From Mobula hypostoma (Eukaryota), in the NCBI RefSeq assembly GCF_963921235.1, contig NC_086108.1, positions 8,804,001 to 8,868,000 on the forward strand: a stretch of DNA of 64,000 nucleotides, written 5' to 3'. Shown here one piece after another: positions 58,752 to 64,000 of this stretch. The notes below the pieces were generated by a model. The model searched no databases and was not told the origin of the DNA. It saw only the letters and a program-made list of their open reading frames with translations. A program made the position numbers and the translations under genes. Position 1 is the first letter of the stretch, and every line of letters starts with the position of its first letter.

Positions 58752-61125
58752 TCATTCCAAACAATTGGTTTATTAATCATTACAGAATGTCTCTCTGGTG
58801 CTTCCTGCTCCCTCCCCTCTCCCTTCCCGTTTTCCCAACCATGATTCCTCTCTCCCTGCCCCCTTTCCCACTCTCAGCCCACAATCGAGACCCGTATCAG
58901 AATCAAGTTTATCATCACTCACATCTGTCATGAAATTTGCTTTTTTTCACAGTAGCAATGAAGTGGAATACACAGAATGACTACAGTACTGTGCAAAAGT
59001 CTTATATAAGACCAGGAGCAGAATTAGGCCATTTGGCCCATCAAGTCTGCTTCATCATTTCATCAAGGCTGATCCATTTCCCTCGCAGCTCCATTTGCCT
59101 GCCTTCTCCCCGTATCCCTTTATGCCCTGACTAATCAAGAATCTATCAACCCCTGCCTTAAATATACCCAATGACCTGGCCTCCACAGCTGTGTGTGGCA
59201 ACGAATTCCACAGATTCACCATCCCCTGGGTAAAGAAGTTCTTCCTAATCTTCATTCTAAATGGGCGTTCCTCTATTCTGAGATTGTCTACTCTGATCTT
59301 AGACTCCTCACACCATAGGAAGTATCCTCTTCACACCCACTCTGTCAAGGCCTTGCAACATTCAATAGATTTCAATGAGATCCCTCATTCCTCTGGATTC
59401 CAGTGAGCACAGGCCCAGAGCCGCCAGGCACTCCTCAAATGACAAGTCGTTCAATCCAGGAATCATTTCTGTGAACCTTCTTTGAGCGCTCTCCAATGTC
59501 AGCACATCCTTTCTTAAATAAGGGGCCCAAAACTGCCCACAGTACTCCAAGTGAAGCCTCACCAGTGCCTTATAAACGCTCATCCTTGCTATGAGATTGA
59601 AACCTTTGCGCAGTACTAGTGTACATCGTGAAATGTGTTGTTTTGTGACAGCTGTACAGTGCAATATATAATTTTAAAAACTAAATTACAATGAGGAATA
59701 TATATAAAAATTAAGTAGTGCGAAAAGAGAGCAAGAAAAAGAAACAACAGAGTTAGAGTTCATTGCCCATTCTGAGATCTGAAGGCAGAGGGGAAGAAAC
59801 TGTTCCAACACCAGTGTGCAAACAGACAGCACAATGTCCCCATACTCTCAATCTACGACCCGTGGATTACACTGTGCAGTTACTTGCCTTGTTAAGAAGA
59901 GTTCTGGATGTGGCTGGGGATAAGGATTCTTTCCCAGGACTTGGGTTTTAGTGGAGGGACTGAGAACAGGAGGACAGCCCCACCTGGTGGAGAAAGCAAT
60001 GTCCCAACACATTAACCCATCCACTTCCACCTGTGCCTATAGATGCAAACCACTTCACATCAACATTCAGTTCCAATTCAAATGCAATTCCAAGCCACAC
60101 AGGGACACATTAAGGTAGAGGTTAAAATCTCGGTCAGCAGCAGATATAAGGAAATTTTTAAAGTGCAAGAAATAGAGTCCTATAGACTTCCTCTTGCAGG
60201 CTCTACAACTCAGTATTATTTATCTACGTCATTTATTACTTGGTTCTTTCAGGTTGTTATAGCTGGGGGTGGTAATGGGGATAAGCTCCCACTAACTATT
60301 AAATGCTCCCAATGGTGTGTACCTCAAATGGTCTCCGACAACCATGCCCACTCCCGGCCTTCAAACATGGCTTAGCTACGAAGCCCACCGAAATCGCTTC
60401 TACTGACAGGGGAAGGGGCAAAGGCGGGTTATTGACACTTTAAAACCAGTCACTTCAGGCAGATGAGGCTCAAAGCTCAAAGTAAAATCTATTATCAGAG
60501 TACATGCATGTCGCCACATTCTTTTTCTCACAAGCATACTCAGCAAATCCATAGAATAGTCATTGCAAACAGGATCAATAAAAGAGCAAGAGCATCGAAG
60601 AGGATCTGTGCAAATCCACACATACATAGCAAGAGCATGAAATAACAAGATAGGGTCTTGAAGTGCTATCATTGGGTCTGGAAGACCAGAAATAGAATGA
60701 GTGTAGTTACCCTCTTTTCTTCAAGAGCGTGATAATTGAGGGGCCGTAACTGTCCTTGGACCTGGTGGTGCGAGTCCTGAGGCTCTTGTACCTTCTACCT
60801 GATGCAGCAGCGAGAAAAGAGCATGGCCTGGGTGGTGGGTATATCTGATGATGGATGCTGCTTTTCTGTGATGGTAGGGAGGGCTTTACCCATGATATAC
60901 TGGGCTAAATCCACGACCTTTTGTAGGATTTTCTGCTCAAAGGCATCTGACGCGCCGCCTGATGTGTTACCTATGTTTGGCAGCTCACCTAAGAAAAGGG
61001 AAACTCTGATCTCGAATCTCCTTTGCAGCTAAACCCACTCAAGGGGAAGGCTTCGGGAGTAAACCGGGGGGGAAAATCCAGAGCTGGAGTCCCTAAGGCT
61101 GTCTACGTTGAGTTCAATGCTGACT

Positions 61126-61755
61126 GAGGATTCGAGTACAGGAGCAGGGAGGTACTACTGCAGTTGTACAGGGCCTTGGTGAGACCACACCTGGAGTATT
61201 GTGTGCAGTTTTGGTCCCCTAATCTGAGGAAAGACATCCTTGCCATAGAGGGAGTACAAAGAAGGTTCACCAGATTGATTCCTGGGATGGCAGGACTTTC
61301 ATATGAAGAAAGACTAGATGAACTGGGCTTGTACTCGTTGGAATTTAGAAGATTGAGGGGGGATCTGATTGAAACGTATAAAATCCTAAAGGGATTGGAC
61401 AGGCTAGATGCAGGAAGATTGTTCCCGATGTTGGGGAAGTCCAGAATGAGGGGCCACAGTTTGAGGATAGAGGGGAAGCCTTTTAGGACCGAGATTAGGA
61501 AAAACTTCTTCACACAGAGAGTGGTGAATCTGTGGAATTCTCTGCCACAGGAAACAGTTGAGGCCAGTTCATTGGCTATATTTAAGAGGGAGTTAGATAT
61601 GGCCCTTGTGGCTACGGGGGTCAGGGGGTATGGAGGGAAGGCTGGGGCGGGGTTCCGAGTTGGATGATCAGCCATGATCATAATAAATGGTGGTGCAGGC
61701 TCGAAGGGCCGAACGGCCTACTCCTGCACCTATTTTCTATGTTTCTATGTTTCTA
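61126..61755 (+). mobile_element. young CR1 3' fragment
   Basis: ORF 61164-61667 and (TTCTATGT)n tail. Confidence 0.92.
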
Positions 61756-62728
61756 CAACTCCCGCGATGCAGCTGGTGCTAAATTGTGTCCGGTCTCTGC
61801 CATTCCTTTGAGTTCATCAGATGTGTAAAGAGGCTACATGGACAACAGCTTGCTCACCATATTGAACTGCCCAGGCTTGAGTATCGAGAGAGCCAGGACC
61901 CAATATCCATGGTCGACCCTGACCGACAGAGGCCTGTTTGTTCATAATGTGCATGATTTGTCGTTTGTTCATTGACTGTCAGTCAAGATTCAAGATTGTT
62001 TACTGTCACTTCCAGTATTCTGCTCACATTATTTATAGTTTTACATAAATCTTTTTATATAAGTAGTTATATAGTTTTACAAGATACAGGAGCAGAATTA
62101 GGCCATCTGGCCTATCGAGGCTGTTCTGCCGTTTCATCATGACTGATCCATTTTCCCTCCCAGACACAATCTCCTGCCTTCTCCCTGTATCCCTTCGTGC
62201 CCTGACTAATCAAGAATATACAAACCTCTGTCTTAAATATACCCAAAAACCTGGCCTCACCAGTACCTTATACAGCCTCAGCATTACATTCTAATCCTCT
62301 TGAAATTAATGTATTTGTTTTCCTCACCACCGACTCACCCTGCAAATTAACCTTCAGAGAATCCTGCATGAGGATTTCAAAGTGCCTTTGCACCTCAGAT
62401 TTTTTAATTTTCTCTCCATTTAGAAAATTGTATATGCTTTTATTTCTTCTACCAAAGTACAGGACCATACACTTCTCGACTCTGTATTGCATCTGCCACT
62501 TCTTTGCCCATTCTCCTAATCTATCTGTCCTTCTGTAGACTCTTTGCTTCCTCAACACTACATGACCCTCCATCCATCTTCATATTGTCTGCAAACTTGG
62601 CCACAAAATCCTATTGTATTTCTTCATTTTCCTGTAAAGGCTTGCAAGAAATTGTTTTTCAAGGCAGTATATGGTAACATATATGTACTTTGATAACAAA
62701 TTTACTTTCAACTTTGAGTAAGTTCCAT

Positions 62729-63918
62729 GATAGAAACATAGAAACACAGAAAATAGGCACAGGAGTAGGCCATTCAGCCCTTCGAGCCTGTACCGCCATT
62801 TATTATGATCATGGCTGATCATCCAACTCAGAACCCTGCACCAGCCTTCCCTCCATACCCCCTGATCCCCGTAGCCACAAGGGCCATATCTAACTCCCTC
62901 TTAAATATAGCCAATGAACTGGCCTCAACCGTTTCCTGTGGCAGAGAATTCCACAGATTCACCACTCTCTGTGTGAAGAAGTTTTTCCTAATCTCAGTCC
63001 TAAAAGGCTTCCCCTCTATCCTCAAACTGTGACCCCTTGTTCTGGACTTCCCCAACATCGGGAACAATCTTCCTGCATCTAGCCTGTCCAATCCCTTTAG
63101 GATTTTATACATTTCAATCAGATCCCCCCTCAATCTTCTAAATTCCAACGAGTACAAGCCCAGTTCATCCAGTCTTTCTTCATATGAAAGTCCTGCCATC
63201 CCAGGAATCAATCTGGTGAACCTTCTTTGTACTCCCTCTATGGCAAGGATGTCTTTCCTCAGATTAGGGGACCAAAACTGCACACAATACTCCAGGTGTG
63301 GTCTCACCAAGGCCTTGTACAACTGCAGTAGTACCTCCCTGCTCCTGTACTCGAATCCTCTCGCTATAAATGCCAGCATACCATTCGCCTTTTTCACCGC
63401 CTGCTGTACCTGCATGCCCACTTTCAATGACTGGTGTATAATGACACCCAGGTCTCGTTGCACCTCCCCTTTTCCTAATCGGCCACCATTCAAATAATAA
63501 TCTGTTTTCCTGTTTTTGCCACCAAAGTGGATAACCTCACATTTATCCACATTAAATTGCATCTGCCATGAATTTGCCCACTCACCCAACCTATCCAAGT
63601 CACCCTGCATCCTCTTAGCATCCTCCTCACAGCTAACACTGCCGCCCAGCTTCGTGTCATCCACAAACTTGGAGATGCTGCATTTAATTCCCTCATCTAA
63701 GTCATTAATATATATTGTAAACAACTGGGGTCCCAGCACTGAGCCTTGCAGTACCCCACTAGTCACCGCCTGCCATTCTGAAAAGGTCCCGTTTATTCCC
63801 ACTCTTTGCTTCCTGTCTGCCAACCAATTCTCTATCCACATCAATACCTTACCCCCAATACCGTGTGCTTTAAGTTTGCACACTGATCTCCTGTGTGGGA
63901 CCTTGTCAAAAGTCTTTT
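62729..63918 (-). mobile_element. young CR1, 5'-truncated
   Basis: 351-aa RT ORF 62828-63883 and tail. Confidence 0.92.
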
Positions 63919-64000
63919 GGAATTCCAGACCAGAGTTTAGGACTCAAGCTGCTGAAGGCGTAGTGGAGTGGGGGTTTATAATTAAATTCTGCGCTGATTA

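Overview
Eukaryotic, repeat-rich vertebrate DNA. The repeat content (CR1 LINEs, HE1/V-SINE-like SINEs, Penelope-like elements) suggests a cartilaginous fish, probably a ray; this is an inference. The window holds the 3' part of a + strand hypoxia-inducible factor alpha gene, best matching HIF3A/hif1al. Nine phase-compatible exons run from PAS-B/PAC through the ODD (LEMLAPYISM) and a bipartite NLS to a degenerate, frameshifted C-TAD-like exon at 43743, with a possible further terminal exon at 48468. Introns and the downstream flank are filled with transposons: a young CR1 family (two near-full-length copies in opposite orientation plus several truncated ones), a decayed L1/Tx1-type LINE with nested CR1s, Rex/Babar fragments, a decayed Gypsy LTR element, Tc1 remnants, SINEs and Penelope-derived elements. 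The most notable signals are: (i) an in-phase U_UUA_AAC -1 slippery site at the CR1 ORF1/ORF2 junction, with no usable ORF2 ATG; (ii) a vestigial, FIH-site-less C-TAD broken at a C7 run; (iii) minimal hammerhead ribozymes in palindromic, TSD-flanked Penelope-derived elements; (iv) long inverted CR1 pairs bracketing the NLS exons. Exon boundaries were read by eye and TE boundaries are approximate.
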